64,000 nt of DNA, taken from the NCBI RefSeq assembly GCF_009914755.1, contig NC_060934.1. One strand, 5' to 3'. The stretch's first letter is position 1, and each line of letters begins with the position of its first letter. Source of the DNA: the human T2T-CHM13v2.0 reference genome, Homo sapiens. The notes beneath the pieces are model-generated. The model made no database searches, was not told the DNA's origin, and saw only the letters and a list, made by a program, of their open reading frames with translations. A program made the translations under genes and the position numbers. Shown here piece after piece: positions 11,634 through 25,881 of this stretch.

Positions 11634-13330
11634 GAATTCTCAGTAACTTCTTTGTGTTGTTTGTATTCAACACACAGATTTGAACCTTCCTTTAGAGAGA
11701 GCAGATTTGAAACACTCTGTTTTTGGAATTTGCAAGTGCAGATTTCAAGCGCTTCTAGGCCAATGGCAGAAAAGGAAATATCTTCGTATAAAAACTACAC
11801 AGAATCATTCTCAACAACTACTTTGTGATGTGTGCGTTCAACTCACAGAGGTTAACCTTTCTTTTCATAGAGCAGTTTGGAAACACTCTGTTTGTAAAGC
11901 CTGCAAGTGCTTTTTTGGACTTCATTGAGGCCTTCGTTGGAAACGGGATTTCTTCATACAACGCTAGACAGAAGAATTCTCAGTAACTTCTTTGTGTTGT
12001 GTGTATTCAACTGACAGAGTTGAACCTTTCTTTAGAGAGAACAGAGTTGAAACACTCTGTTTTTGGAATTTGCAAGTGTAGATTTCAAGCGATTCTAGGC
12101 CTATGGCAGAAAAGAAAATATCTTCGTATAAAAACTACACAGAATCATTCTCAACAACTACTTTGTGATGTGTGCGTTCAACTCACAGAGTTTAACCTTT
12201 CTTTTCATAGAGCAGTTTGGAAACACTCTGTTTGTAAAGCCTGCAAGTGCTTTTTTGGACTTCATTGAGGCCTTCGTTGGAAACGGGATTTCTTCATATA
12301 ATGCTAGACAGAAGAATTCTCAGTCACTTCTTTGTGTTGTGTGTATTCAAGTCACAGAGTTGAACCTTCCTTTAGACAGAGCTGTTTTGAAAAATTCTTT
12401 CTGTGTAATTTGCAAGTGGAGATTTCAAGCGATTTGAGGCTAATCTTTGAAATGGAAATATCTTCGTGTAAAAACTACACAGAATCATTCTCAGAAACTG
12501 CTTTGTCATCTGTGCGTTCAGTTCACAGAGTTTCACCTTTCTCTTCATAGAGCAGTTTGGAAAGACTCTGTCTGTAAAGTCTGCAAGTGATTAGTTAGAC
12601 CCCTTTGAGGCCTTCGTTGGAAGCGGGATTTCTCATTTACTGCTAGACAGAAGAATTCTCAGTAAATCCTTTGTGTTGTGTGTATTCAACTCACAGAGTG
12701 GAACCTTCCTTTATTCAGAGCAGTTTTGAAACACTCTTTTTGTGGAATTTGCAAGTGGAGATTTCAAGCGATTTGACGCCAATCTTAGACATGGAAATAT
12801 CTTCATATTAAAAGTACACAGAATCATTCGTAGAAACTAGTTTGTGATGTGTGCCTTCAACTCACAGAGTTTAACCTTTCTTTTCATAGAGCAGTTCGGA
12901 AACAGTCTATTTGTAAAGTCTGCAAGTGGATATTTGGACCTCTTTGAGGCCTTCGTTGGAAAAGGGATTTCTTCATATAACGCTAGACAGAAGAATTCTC
13001 AGTAACTTCTTTGTGTTGTGTGTATTCAACTCACAGAGTTGAACCTTTCTTTAGAGAGAGCAGAGTTGAAACACTCTTTTTGTGGAATTTGCTAGTGCAG
13101 ATTTCAAACGCTTCGAAGACAGTGATAGAAAAGGATATATCTTCGTATTAAAACTATACAAAATCATTCTCAGAAAACACTTTGTGATGTGTGTGTTCAA
13201 CTCACAGAGTTTAACCTTTCTTTAATCGAGCAGTTTGGAAATACCCTCTTTGTAAGTCTGCAGGTGGATAATTGGCCCTCTTTGAGCCCTTCTTTGGAAA
13301 CGGGATTTCCTCTTATAATGCTAGACAGAA
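11634..13330 (+). repeat. 10-mer variant A-A'-B-C-D (1697 bp), example
   Basis: A at 11634 is followed directly by A' at 11974. The same structure occurs at 20454, 41490, 54727 and 61852. Confidence 0.92.
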
Positions 13331-16042
13331 GAATTCTCAGTAACTTCTCTGTGTTGTTTGTATTCAACACACAGATTTGAACCTTCCTTTAGAGAGAGCA
13401 GATTTGAAACACTCTGTTTTTGGAATTTGCAAGTGCAGATTTCAAGCACTTCTAGGCCTATGGCAGAAAAGGAAATATCTTCGTATAAAAACTACACAGA
13501 ATCATTCTCAACAACTACTTTGTGATGTGTGCGTTCAACTCACAGAGTTTAACCTTTCTTTTCATAGAGCAGTTTGGAAACACTCTGTAAAGCCTGCAAG
13601 TGCTTTTTTGGACTTCATTGAGGCCTTCGTTGGAAACGGGATTTCTTCATACAACGCTAGACAGAAGAATTCTCAGTAACTTCTTTGTGTTGTGTGTATT
13701 CAACTCACAGAGTTGAACCTTTCTTTAGAGAGAGCAGAGTTGAAACACTCTGTTTTTGGAATTTGCAAGTGCAGATTTCAAGCGATTCTAGGCCTATGGC
13801 AGAAAAGTAAATATCTTCGTATAAAAACTACACAGAATCATTCTCAACAACTACTTTGTGATGTGTGCGTTAAACTCACAGAGTTTAACCTTTCTTTTCA
13901 TAGAGCAGTTTGGAAACACTCTGTTTGTAAAGCCTGCAAGTGCTTATTTGGACTTCATTGAGGCCTTCGTTGGAAACGGGATTTCTTCCTATAATGCTAG
14001 ACAGAAGAATTCTCAGTCACTTCTTTGTGTTGTGTGTATTCAAGTCACAGAGTTGAAGCTCCCTTTAGACAGAGCAGTTTTGAAAAATTCTTTCTGTGGA
14101 GTTTGCAAGTGGAGATTTCAAGCGATTTGAGGCTAATCTTTGAAATGGAAATATCTTCGTGTAAAAACTACACAGAATCATTCTCAGAAACTGCTTTGTC
14201 ATCTGTGCGTTCAGTTCACAGAGTTTCACCTTTCTCTTCATAGAGCAGTTTGGAAAGACTCTGTCTGTAAAGTCTGCAAGTGATTAGTTAGACCCCTTTG
14301 AGGCCTTCGTTGGAAGCGGGATTTCTCATTTACTGCTAGACAGAAGAATTCTCAGTAAATCCTTTGTGTTGTGTGTATTCAACTCACAGAGTGGAACCTT
14401 CCTTTATTCAGAGCAGTTTTGAAAAACACTTTTTGTGGAATTTGCAAGTGGAGATTTCAAGCGATTTGACGCCAATCTTAGACATGGAAATATCTTCATA
14501 TTAAAAGTACACAGAGTCATTCGTAGAAACTAGTTTGTGATGTGTGCCTTCAACTCACAGAGTTTAACCTTTCTTTTCATAGAGCAGTTTGGAAACACTC
14601 TATTTGTAAAGTCTGCAAGTGGATATTTGGACCTCTTTGAGGCCTTCATTGGAAACGGGATTTCTTCATACAACGCTAGACAGAAGAATTCTCAGTAACT
14701 TCTTTGTGTTGTGTGTATTCAACTCACAGAGTTGAACCTTTCTTTAGAGAGAGCAGAGTTGAAACACTCTGTTTTTGGAATTTGCAAGTGCAGATTTCAA
14801 GCGATTCTAGGCCTATGGCAGAAAAGGAAATATCTTCGTATAAAAACTACACAGAATCATTCTCAACAACTACTTTGTGATGTGTGCGTTCAACTCACAG
14901 AGTTTAACCTTTCTTTTCATAGAGCAGTTTGGAAACACTCTGTTTGTAAAGCCTGCAAGTGCTTTTTTGGACTTCATTGAGGCCTTCGTTGGAAACGGGA
15001 TTTCTTCATGTAATGCTAGACAGAAGAATTCTCAGACACTTCTTTGTGTTGTGTGTATTCAAGTCACAGAGTTGAACCTTCCTTTAGACAGAGCAGTTTT
15101 GAAAAATTCTTTCTGTGTAATTTGCAAGTGGAGATTTCAAGCGATTTGAGGCTAATCTTTGAAATGGAAATATCTTCGTGTAAAAACTACACAGAATCAT
15201 TCTCAGAAACTGCTTTGTCATCTGTGCGTTCAGTTCACAGAGTTTCACCTTTCTCTTCATAGAGCAGTTTGGAAAGACTCTGTCTGTAAAGTCTGCAAGT
15301 GATTAGTTAGACCCCTTTGAGGCCTTCGTTGGAAGCGGGATTTCTCATTTACTGCTAGACAGAAGAATTCTCAGTAAATCCTTTGTGTTGTGTGTATTCA
15401 ACTCACAGAGTGGAACCTTCCTTTATTCAGAGCAGTTTTGAAACACTCTTTTTGTGGAATTTGCAAGTGGAGATTTCAAGCGATTTGACGCCAATCTTAG
15501 ACATGGAAATATCTTCATATTAAAAGTACACAGAGTCATTCGTAGAAACTAGTTTGTGATGTGTGCCTTCAACTCACAGAGTTTAACCTTTCTTTTCATA
15601 GAGCAGTTGGGAAACACTCTATTTGTAAAGTCTGCAAGTGGATATTTGGACCTCTTTGAGGCCTTCGTTGGAAACGGGATTTCTTCATATAACGCTAGAC
15701 AGAAGAATTCTCAGTAACTTCTTTGTGTTGTGTGTATTCAACTCACAGAGTTGAACCTTTCTTTAGAGGGAGCAGAGGTGAAACACTCTTTTTGTGGAAT
15801 TTGCTAGTGTAGATTTCAAACGCTTCGAAGACAGTGATAGAAAAGGATATATCTTCGTATTAAAAGTAGACAAAATCATTCTCAGAAAACTCTTTGTGAT
15901 GTGTGTGTTCAACTCACAGAGTTTAACCTTTCTTTAATCGAGCAGTTTGGAAATACACTCTTTGTAAGTCTGCAGGTGGATATTTGGCCCTCTTTGAGCC
16001 CTTCGTTGGAAACGGGATTTCCTCATATAATGCTAGACAGAA

Positions 16043-18077
16043 GAATTCTCAGTAACTTCTTTGTGTTGTTTGTATTCAACACACAGATTTGAACCTTCCT
16101 TTAGAGAGAGCAGATTTGAAACACTCTGTTTTTGGAATTTGCAAGTGCAGATTTCAAGCGCTTCTAGGCCTATGGCAGAAAAGGAAATATCTTCGTATAA
16201 AAACTACACAGAATCATTCTCAACAACTACTTTGTGATGTGTGCGTTCAACTCACAGAGGTTAACCTTTCTTTTCATAGAGCAGTTTGGAAACACTCTGT
16301 TTGTAAAGCCTGCAAGTGCTTTTTTGGACTTCATTGAGGCCTTCGTTGGAAACGAGATTTCTTCATATAATGCTAGACAGAAGAGTTCTCAGTCACTTCT
16401 TTGTGTTGTGTGTATTCAAGTCACTGAGTTGAACCTTCCTTTAGACAGAGCAGTTTTGAAAAATTCTTTCTGTGGAGTTTGCAAGTGGAGATTTCAAGCG
16501 ATTTGAGGCTAATCTTTGAAATGGAAATATCTTCGTGTAAAAACTACACAGAATCATTCTCAGAAACTGCTTTGTCATCTGTGCGTTCAGTTCACAGAGT
16601 TTCACCTTTCTCTTCATAGAGCAGTTTGGAAAGACTCTGTCTGTAAGTCTGCAAGTGATTAGTTAGACCCCTTTGAGGCCTTCGTTGGAAGCGGGATTTC
16701 TCATTTACTGCTAGACAGAAGAATTCTCAGTAACTTCTTTGTGTTGTGTGTATTCAACTCACAGAGTTGAACCTTTCTTTAGAGAGAGCAGAGTTGAAAC
16801 ACTCTGTTTTTGGAATTTGCAAGTGCAGATTTGAAGCGATTCTAGGCCTATGGCAGAAAAGGAAATATCTTCGTATAAAAACTACACAGAATCATTCTCA
16901 ACAACTACTTTGTGATGTGTGCGTTCAACTCACGGAGTTTAACCTTTCTTTTCATAGAGCAGTTTGGAAACACTCTGTTTGTAAAGCCTGCAAGTGCTTT
17001 TCCGGACTTCATTGAGGCCTTCGTTGGAAACGGGATTTCTTCATATAATGCTAGACAGAAGAATTCTCAGTCACTTCTTTGTGTTGTGTGTATTCAAGTC
17101 ACAGAGTTGAACCTTCCTTTAGACAGAGCAGTTTTGAAAAATTCTTTCTGTGGAATTTGCAAGTGGAGATTTCAAGCGATTTGAGGCTAATCTTTGAAAT
17201 GGAAATGTCTTCGTGTAAAAACTACACAGAATCATTCTCAGAAACTGCTTTGTCATCTGTGCGTTCAGTTCACAGAGTTTCACCTTTCTCTTCATAGAGC
17301 AGTTTGGAAAGACTCTGTCTGTAAAGTCTGCAAGTGATTAGTTAGACCCCTTTGAGGCCTTCGTTGGAAGCGGGATTTCTCATTTACTGCTAGACAGAAG
17401 AATTCTCAGTAAATCCTTTGTGTTGTGTGTATTCAACTCACAGAGTGGAACCTTCCTTTATTCAGAGCAGTTTTGAAACAGTCTTTTTGTGGAATTTGCA
17501 AGTGGAGATTTCAAGCGATTTGACGCCAATCTTAGACATGGAAATATCTTCATATTAAAAGTACACAGAGTCATTCGTAGAAACTAGTTTGTGATGTGTG
17601 CCTTCAACTCACAGAGTTTAACCTTTCTTTTCATAGAGCAGTTGGGAAACACTCTATTTGTAAAGTCTGCAAGTGGATATTTGGACCTCTTTGAGGCCTT
17701 CGTTGGAAACGGGATTTCTTCATATAACGCTAGACAGAAGAATTCTCAGTAACTTCTTTGTGTTGTGTGTATTCAACTCACAGAGTTGAACCTTTCTTTA
17801 GAGGGAGCAGAGGTGAAACACTCTTTTTGTGGAATTTGCTAGTGTAGATTTCAAACGCTTCGAAGACAGTGATAGAAAAGGATATATCTTCGTATTAAAA
17901 GTAGACAAAATCATTCTCAGAAAACTCTTTGTGATGTGTGTGTTCAACTCACAGAGTTTAACCTTTCTTTAATCGAGCAGTTTGGAAATACACTCTTTGT
18001 AAGTCTGCAGGTGGATATTTGGCCCTCTTTGAGCCCTTCGTTGGAAACGGGATTTCCTCATATAATGCTAGACAGAA
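16043..18077 (+). repeat. 12-mer variant A-B-A'-B-C-D (2035 bp)
   Basis: B at 16383 joins A' at 16721 with no C between them. The same structure and markers (AACGAGA box, ctgtaagtct 1-bp deletion, tttgaagcg) occur at 26899 and 31309. Confidence 0.92.
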
Positions 18078-21000
18078 GAATTCTCAGTAACTTCTTTGTG
18101 TTGTTTGTATTCAACACACAGATTTGAACCTTCCTTTAGAGAGAGCAGATTTGAAACACTCTGTTTTTGGAATTTGCAAGTGCAGATTTCAAGCGCTTCT
18201 AGGCCTATGGCAGAAAAGGAAATATCTTCGTATAAAAACTACACAGAATCATTCTCAACAACTACTTTGTGATGAGTGCGTTCAACTCACAGAGGTTAAC
18301 CTTTCTTTTCAGAGAGCAGTTTGGAAACACTCTGTTTGTAAAGCCTGCAAGTGCTTTTTTGGACTTCATTGAGGCCTTCGTTGGAAACGAGATTTCTTCA
18401 TATAATGCTAGACAGAAGAATTCTCAGTCACTTCTTTGTGTTGTGTGTGTTCAAGTCACAGAGTTGAACCTTCCTTTAGACAGAGCAGTTTTGAAAAATT
18501 CTTTCTGTGGAGTTTGCAAGTGGAGATTTCAAGCGATTTGAGGCTAATCTTTGAAATGGAAATATCTTCGTGTAAAAACTACACAGAATCATTCTCAGAA
18601 ACTGCTTTGTCATCTGTGCGTTCAGTTCACAGAGTTTCACCTTTCTCTTCATAGAGCAGTTTGGAAAGACTCTGTCTGTAAAGTCTGCAAGTGATTAGTT
18701 AGACCCCTTTGAGGCCTTCGTTGGAAGCGGGATTTCTCATTTACTGCTAGACAGAAGAATTCTCAGTAAATCCTTTGTGTTGTGTGTATTCAACTCACAG
18801 AGTGGAACCTTCCTTTATTCAGAGCAGTTTTGAAAAACACTTTTTGTGGAATTTGCAAGTGGAGATTTCAAGCGATTTGACGCCAATCTTAGACATGGAA
18901 ATATCTTCATATTAAAAGTACACAGAGTCATTCGTAGAAACTAGTTTGTGATGTGTGCCTTCAACTCACAGAGTTTAACCTTTCTTTTCATAGAGCAGTT
19001 TGGAAACACTCTATTTGTAAAGTCTGCAAGTGGATATTTGGACCTCTTTGAGGCCTTCGTTGGAAACGGGATTTCTTCATACAACGCTAGACAGAAGAAT
19101 TCTCAGTAACTTCTTTGTGTTGTGTGTATTCAACTCACAGAGTTGAACCTTTCTTTAGAGAGAGCAGAGTTGAAACACTCTGTTTTTGGAATTTGCAAGT
19201 GCAGATTTCAAGCGATTCTAGGCCTATGGCAGAAAAGGAAATATCTTCGTATAAAAACTACACAGAATCATTCTCAACAACTACTTTGTGATGTGTGCGT
19301 TCAACTCACAGAGTTTAACCTTTCTTTTCATAGAGCAGTTTGGAAACACTCTGTTTGTAAAGCCTGCAAGTGCTTTTCCGGACTTCATTGAGGCCTTCGT
19401 TGGAAACGGGATTTCTTCATATAATGCTAGACAGAAGAATTCTCAGTCACTTCTTTGTGTTGTGTGTATTCAAGTCACAGAGTTGAACCTTCCTTTAGAC
19501 AGAGCAGTTTTGATAAATTCTTTCTGTGGAATTTGCAAGTGGAGATTTCAAGCGATTTGAGGCTAATCTTTGAAATGGAAATATCTTCGTGTAAAAACTA
19601 CACAGAATCATTCTCAGAAACTGCTTTGTCATCTGTGCATTCAGTTCACAGAGTTTCACCTTTCTCTTCATAGAGCAGTTTGGAAAGACTCTGTCTGTAA
19701 AGTCTGCAAGTGATTAGTTAGACCCCTTTGAGGCCTTCGTTGGAAGCGGGATTTCTCATTTACTGCTAGACAGAAGAATTCTCAGTAAATCCTTTGTGTT
19801 GTGTGCATTCAACTCACAGAGTGGAACCTTCCTTTATTCAGAGCAGTTTTGAAACACTCTTTTTGTGGAATTTGCAAGCGGAGATTTCAAGCGATTTGAC
19901 GCCAATCTTAGACATGGAAATATCTTCATATTAAAAGTACACAGAGTCATTCGTAGAAACTAGTTTGTGATGTGTGCCTTCAACTCACAGAGTTTAACCT
20001 TTCTTTTCATAGAGCAGTTGGGAAACACTCTATTTGTAAAGTCTGCAAGTGGATATTTGGACCTCTTTGAGGCCTTCGTTGGAAACGGGATTTCTTCATA
20101 TAACGCTAGACAGAAGAATTCTCAGTAACTTCTTTGTGTTGTGTGTATTCAACTCACAGAGTTGAACCTTTCTTTAGAGGGAGCAGAGGTGAAACACTCT
20201 TTTTGTGGAATTTGCTAGTGTAGATTTCAAACGCTTCGAAGACAGTGATAGAAAAGGATATATCTTCGTATTAAAAGTAGACAAAATCATTCTCAGAAAA
20301 CTCTTTGTGATGTGTGTGTTCAACTCACAGAGTTTAACCTTTCTTTAATCGAGCAGTTTGGAAATACACTCTTTGTAAGTCTGCAGGTGGATATTTGGCC
20401 CTCTTTGAGCCCTTCGTTGGAAACGGGATTTCCTCATATAATGCTAGACAGAAGAATTCTCAGTAACTTCTTTGTGTTGTTTGTATTCAACACACAGATT
20501 TGAACCTTCCTTTAGAGAGAGCAGATTTGAAACACTCTGTTTTTGGAATTTGCAAGTGCAGATTTCAAGCGATTCTAGGCCTATGGCAGAAAAGGAAATA
20601 TCTTCGTATAAAAACTACACAGAATCATTCTCAACAACTACTTTGTGATGTGTGCGTTCAACTCACAGAGGTTAACCTTTCTTTTCATAGAGCAGTTTGG
20701 AAACACTCTGTTTGTAAAGCCTGCAAGTGCTTTTTTGGACTTCATTGAGGCCTTCGTTGGAAACGGGATTTCTTCATACAACGCTAGACAGAAGAATTCT
20801 CAGTAACTTCTTTGTGTTGTGTGTATTCAACTCACAGAGTTGAACCTTTCTTTAGAGAGAACAGAGTTGAAACACTCTGTTTTTGGAATTTGCAAGTGCA
20901 GATTTCAAGCGATTCTAGGCCTATGGCAGAAAAGGAAATATCTTCGTATAAAAACTACACAGAATCATTCTCAACAACTACTTTGTGATGTGTGCGTTCA

Positions 21001-21812
21001 ACTCACAGAGTTTAACCTTTCTTTTCATAGAGCAGTTTGGAAACACTCTGTTTGTAAAGCCTGCAAGTGCTTTTTTGGACTTCATTGAGGCCTTCGTTGG
21101 AAACGGGATTTCTTCATATAATGCTAGACAGAAGAATTCTCAGTCACTTCTTTGTGTTGTGTGTATTCAAGTCACAGAGTTGAACCTTCCTTTAGACAGA
21201 GCAGTTTTGAAAAATTCTTTCTGTGGAATTTGCAAGTGGAGATTTCAAGCGATTTGAGGCTAATCTTTGAAATGGAAATATCTTCGTGTAAAAACTACAC
21301 AGAATCATTCTCAGAAACTGCTTTGTCATCTGTGCGTTCAGTTCACAGAGTTTCACCTTTCTCTTCATAGAGCAGTTTGGAAAGACTCTGTCTGTAAAGT
21401 CTGCAAGTGATTAGTTAGACCCCTTTGAGGCCTTCGTTGGAAGCGGGATTTCTCATTTACTGCTAGACAGAAGAATTCTCAGTAAATCCTTTGTGTTGTG
21501 TGTATTCAACTCACAGAGTGGAACCTTCCTTTATTCAGAGCAGTTTTGAAACACTCTTTTTGTGGAATTTGCAAGTGGAGATTTCAAGCGATTTGACGCC
21601 AATCTTAGACATGGAAATATCTTCATATTAAAAGTACACAGAGTCATTCGTAGAAACTAGTTTGTGATGTGTGCCTTCAACTCACAGAGTTTAACCTTTC
21701 TTTTCATAGAGCAGTTGGGAAACACTCTATTTGTAAAGTCTGCAAGTGGATATTTGGACCTCTTTGAGGCCTTCGTTGGAAACGGGATTTCTTCATATAA
21801 CGCTAGACAGAA

Positions 21813-24800
21813 GAATTCTCAGTAACTTCTTTGTGTTGTGTGTATTCAACTCACAGAGTTGAACCTTTCTTTAGAGAGAGCAGAGGTGAAACACTCTTTT
21901 TGTGGAATTTGCTAGTGTAGATTTCAAACGCTTCGAAGACAGTGATAGAAAAGGATATATCTTCGTATTAAAAGTAGACAAAATCATTCTCAGAAAACTC
22001 TTTGTGATGTGTGTGTTCAACTCACAGAATTTAACCTTTCTTTAATCGAGCAGTTTGGAAATACACTCTTTGTAAGTCTGCAGGTGGATATTTGGCCCTC
22101 TTTGAGCCCTTCGTTGGAAACGGGATTTCCTCATATAATGCTAGACAGAAGAATTCTCAGTAACTTCTTTGTGTTGTTTGTATTCAACACACAGATTTGA
22201 ACCTTCCTTTAGAGAGAGCAGATTTGAAACACTCTGTTTTTGGAATTTGCAAGTGCAGATTTCAAGCGCTTCTAGGCCTATGGCAGAAAAGGAAATATCT
22301 TCGTATAAAAACTACACAGAATCATTCTCAACAACTACTTTGTGATGTGTGCGTTCAACTCACAGAGTTTAACCTTTCTTTTCATAGAGCAGTTTGGAAA
22401 CACTCTGTTTGTAAAGCCTGCAAGTGCTTTTTTGGACTTCATTGAGGCCTTCGTTGGAAACGGGATTTCTTCATATAATGCTAGACAGAAGAATTCTCAG
22501 TCACTTCTTTGTGTTGTGTGTATTCAAGTCACAGAGTTGAACCTTCCTTTAGACAGAGCAGTTTTGAAAAATTCTTTCTGTGGAGTTTGCAAGTGGAGAT
22601 TTCAAGCGATTCGAGGCTAATCTTTGAAATGGAAATATCTTCGTGTAAAAACTACACAGAATCATTCTCAGAAACTGCTTTGTCATCTGTGCGTTCAGTT
22701 CACAGAGTTTCACCTTTCTCTTCATAGAGCAGTTTGGAAAGACTCTGTCTGTAAAGTCTGCAAGTGATTAGTTAGACCCCTTTGAGGCCTTCGTTGGAAG
22801 CGGGATTTCTCATTTACTGCTAGACAGAAGAATTCTCAGTAAATCCTTTGTGTTGTGTGTATTCAACTCACAGAGTGGAACCTTCCTTTATTCAGAGCAG
22901 TTTTGAAAAACACTTTTTGTGGAATTTGCAAGTGGAGATTTCAAGCGATTTGACGCCAATCTTAGACATGGAAATATCTTCATATTAAAAGTACACAGAG
23001 TCATTCGTAGAAACTAGTTTGTGATGTGTGCCTTCAACTCACAGAGTTTAACCTTTCTTTTCATAGAGCAGTTAGGAAACACTATTTGTAAAGTCTGCAA
23101 GTGGATATTTGGACCTCTTTGAGGCCTTCGTTGGAAACGGGATTTCTTCATACAACGCTAGACAGAAGAATTCTCAGTAACTTCTTTGTGTTGTGTGTAT
23201 TCAACTCACAGAGTTGAACCTTTCTTTAGAGAGAGCAGAGTTGAAACACTCTGTTTTTGGAATTTGCAAGTGCAGATTTGAAGCGATTCTAGGCCTATGG
23301 CAGAAAAGGAAATATCTTCGTATAAAAACTACACAGAATCATTCTCAACAACTACTTTGTGATGTGTGCGTTCAACTCACAGAGTTTAACCTTTCTTTTC
23401 ATAGAGCAGTTTGGAAACACTCTGTTTGTAAAGCCTGCAAGTGCTTTTTTGGACTTCATTGAGGCCTTCGTTGGAAACGGGATTTCTTCATATAATGCTA
23501 GACAGAAGAATTCTCAGTCACTTCTTTGTGTTGTGTGTATTCAAGTCACAGAGTTGAACCTTCCTTTAGACAGAGCAGTTTTGAAAAATTCTTTCTGTGG
23601 AATTTGCAAGTGGAGATTTCAAGCGATTTGAGGCTAATCTTTGAAATGGAAATATCTTCGTGTAAAAACTACACAGAATCATTCTCAGAAACTGCTTTGT
23701 CATCTGTGCGTTCAGTTCACAGAGTTTCACCTTTCTCTTCATAGAGCAGTTTGGAAAGACTCTGTCTGTAAAGTCTGCAAGTGATTAGTTAGACCCCTTT
23801 GAGGCCTTCGTTGGAAGCGGGATTTCTCATTTACTGCTAGACAGAAGAATTCTCAGTAAATCCTTTGTGTTGTGTGCATTCAACTCACAGAGTGGAACCT
23901 TCCTTTATTCAGAGCAGTTTTGAAACACTCTGTTTGTGGAATTTGCAAGTGGAGATTTCAAGCGATTTGACGCCAATCTTAGACATGGAAATATCTTCAT
24001 ATTAAAAGTACACAGAGTCATTCGTAGAAACTAGTTTGTGATGTGTGCCTTCAACTCACAGAGTTTAACCTTTCTTTTCATAGAGCAGTTGGGAAACACT
24101 CTATTTGTAAAGTCTGCAAGTGGATATTTGGACCTCTTTGAGGCCTTCGTTGGAAACGGGATTTCTTCATATAACGCTAGACAGAAGAATTCTCTGTAAC
24201 TTCTTTGTGTTGTGTGTATTCAACTCACAGAGTTGAACCTTTCTTTAGAGGGAGCAGAGGTGAAACACTCTTTTTGTGGAATTTGCTAGTTTAGATTTCA
24301 AACGCTTCGAAGACAGTGATAGAAAAGGATATATCTTCGTATTAAAAGTAGACAAAATCATTCTCAGAAAACTCTTTGTGATGTGTGTGTTCAACTCACA
24401 GAATTTAACCTTTCTTTAATCGAGCAGTTTGGAAATACACTCTTTGTAAGTCTGCAGGTGGATATTTGGCCCTCTTTGAGCCCTTCGTTGGAAACGGGAT
24501 TTCCTCATATAATGCTAGACAGAAGAATTCTCAGTAACTTCTTTGTGTTGTTTGTATTCAACACACAGATTTGAACCTTCCTTTAGAGAGAGCAGATTTG
24601 AAACACTCTGTTTTTGGAATTTGCAAGTGCAGATTTCAAGCGCTTCTAGGCCTATGGCAGAAAAGGAAATATCTTCGTATAAAAACTACACAGAATCATT
24701 CTCAACAACTACTTTGTGATGTGTGCGTTCAACTCACAGAGTTTAACCTTTCTTTTCATAGAGCAGTTTGGAAACACTCTGTTTGTAAAGCCTGCAAGTG

Positions 24801-25881
24801 CTTTTTTGGACTTCATTGAGGCCTTCGTTGGAAACGGGATTTCTTCATATAATGCTAGACAGAAGAATTCTCAGTCACTTCTTTGTGTTGTGTGTATTCA
24901 AGTCACAGAGTTGAACCTTCCTTTAGACAGAGCAGTTTTGAAAAATTCTTTCTGTGGAGTTTGCAAGTGGAGATTTCCAGCGATTTGAGGCTAATCTTTG
25001 AAATGGAAATATCTTCGTGTAAAAACTACACAGAATCATTCTCAGAAACTGCTTTGTCATCTGTGCGTTCAGTTCACAGAGTTTCACCTTTCTCTTCATA
25101 GAGCAGTTTGGAAAGACTCTGTCTGTAAAGTCTGCAAGTGATTAGTTAGACCCCTTTGAGGCCTTCGTTGGAAGCGGGATTTCTCATTTACTGCTAGACA
25201 GAAGAATTCTCAGTAAATCCTTTGTGTTGTGTGTATTCAACTCACAGAGTGGAACCTTCCTTTATTCAGAGCAGTTTTGAAAAACACTTTTTGTGGAATT
25301 TGCAAGTGGAGATTTCAAGCGATTTGACGCCAATCTTAGACATGGAAATATCTTCATATTAAAAGTACACAGAGTCATTCGTAGAAACTAGTTTGTGATG
25401 TGTGCCTTCAACTCACAGAGTTTAACCTTTCTTTTCATAGAGCAGTTTGGAAACACTATTTGTAAAGTCTGCAAGTGGATATTTGGACCTCTTTGAGGCC
25501 TTCGTTGGAAACGGGATTTCTTCATACAACGCTAGACAGAAGAATTCTCAGTAACTTCTTTGTGTTGTGTGTATTCAACTCACAGAGTTGAACCTTTCTT
25601 TAGAGAGAGCAGAGTTGAAACACTCTGTTTTTGGAATTTGCAAGTGCAGATTTGAAGCGATTCTAGGCCTATGGCAGAAAAGGAAATATCTTCGTATAAA
25701 AACTACACAGAATCATTCTCAACAACTACTTTGTGATGTGTGCGTTCAACTCACAGAGTTTAACCTTTCTTTTCATAGAGCAGTTTGGAAACACTCTGTT
25801 TGTAAAGCCTGCAAGTGCTTTTTTGGACTTCATTGAGGCCTTCGTTGGAAACGGGATTTCTTCATATAATGCTAGACAGAA
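21813..25881 (+). repeat. Tandem duplication of a 14-mer, 2374-bp offset
   Basis: Shared markers: cacagaattt in D (~22029/24403), a 2-bp deletion aaacactattt in C (~23080/25454), and tttgaagcg in A' (23280/25654). Confidence 0.85.
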
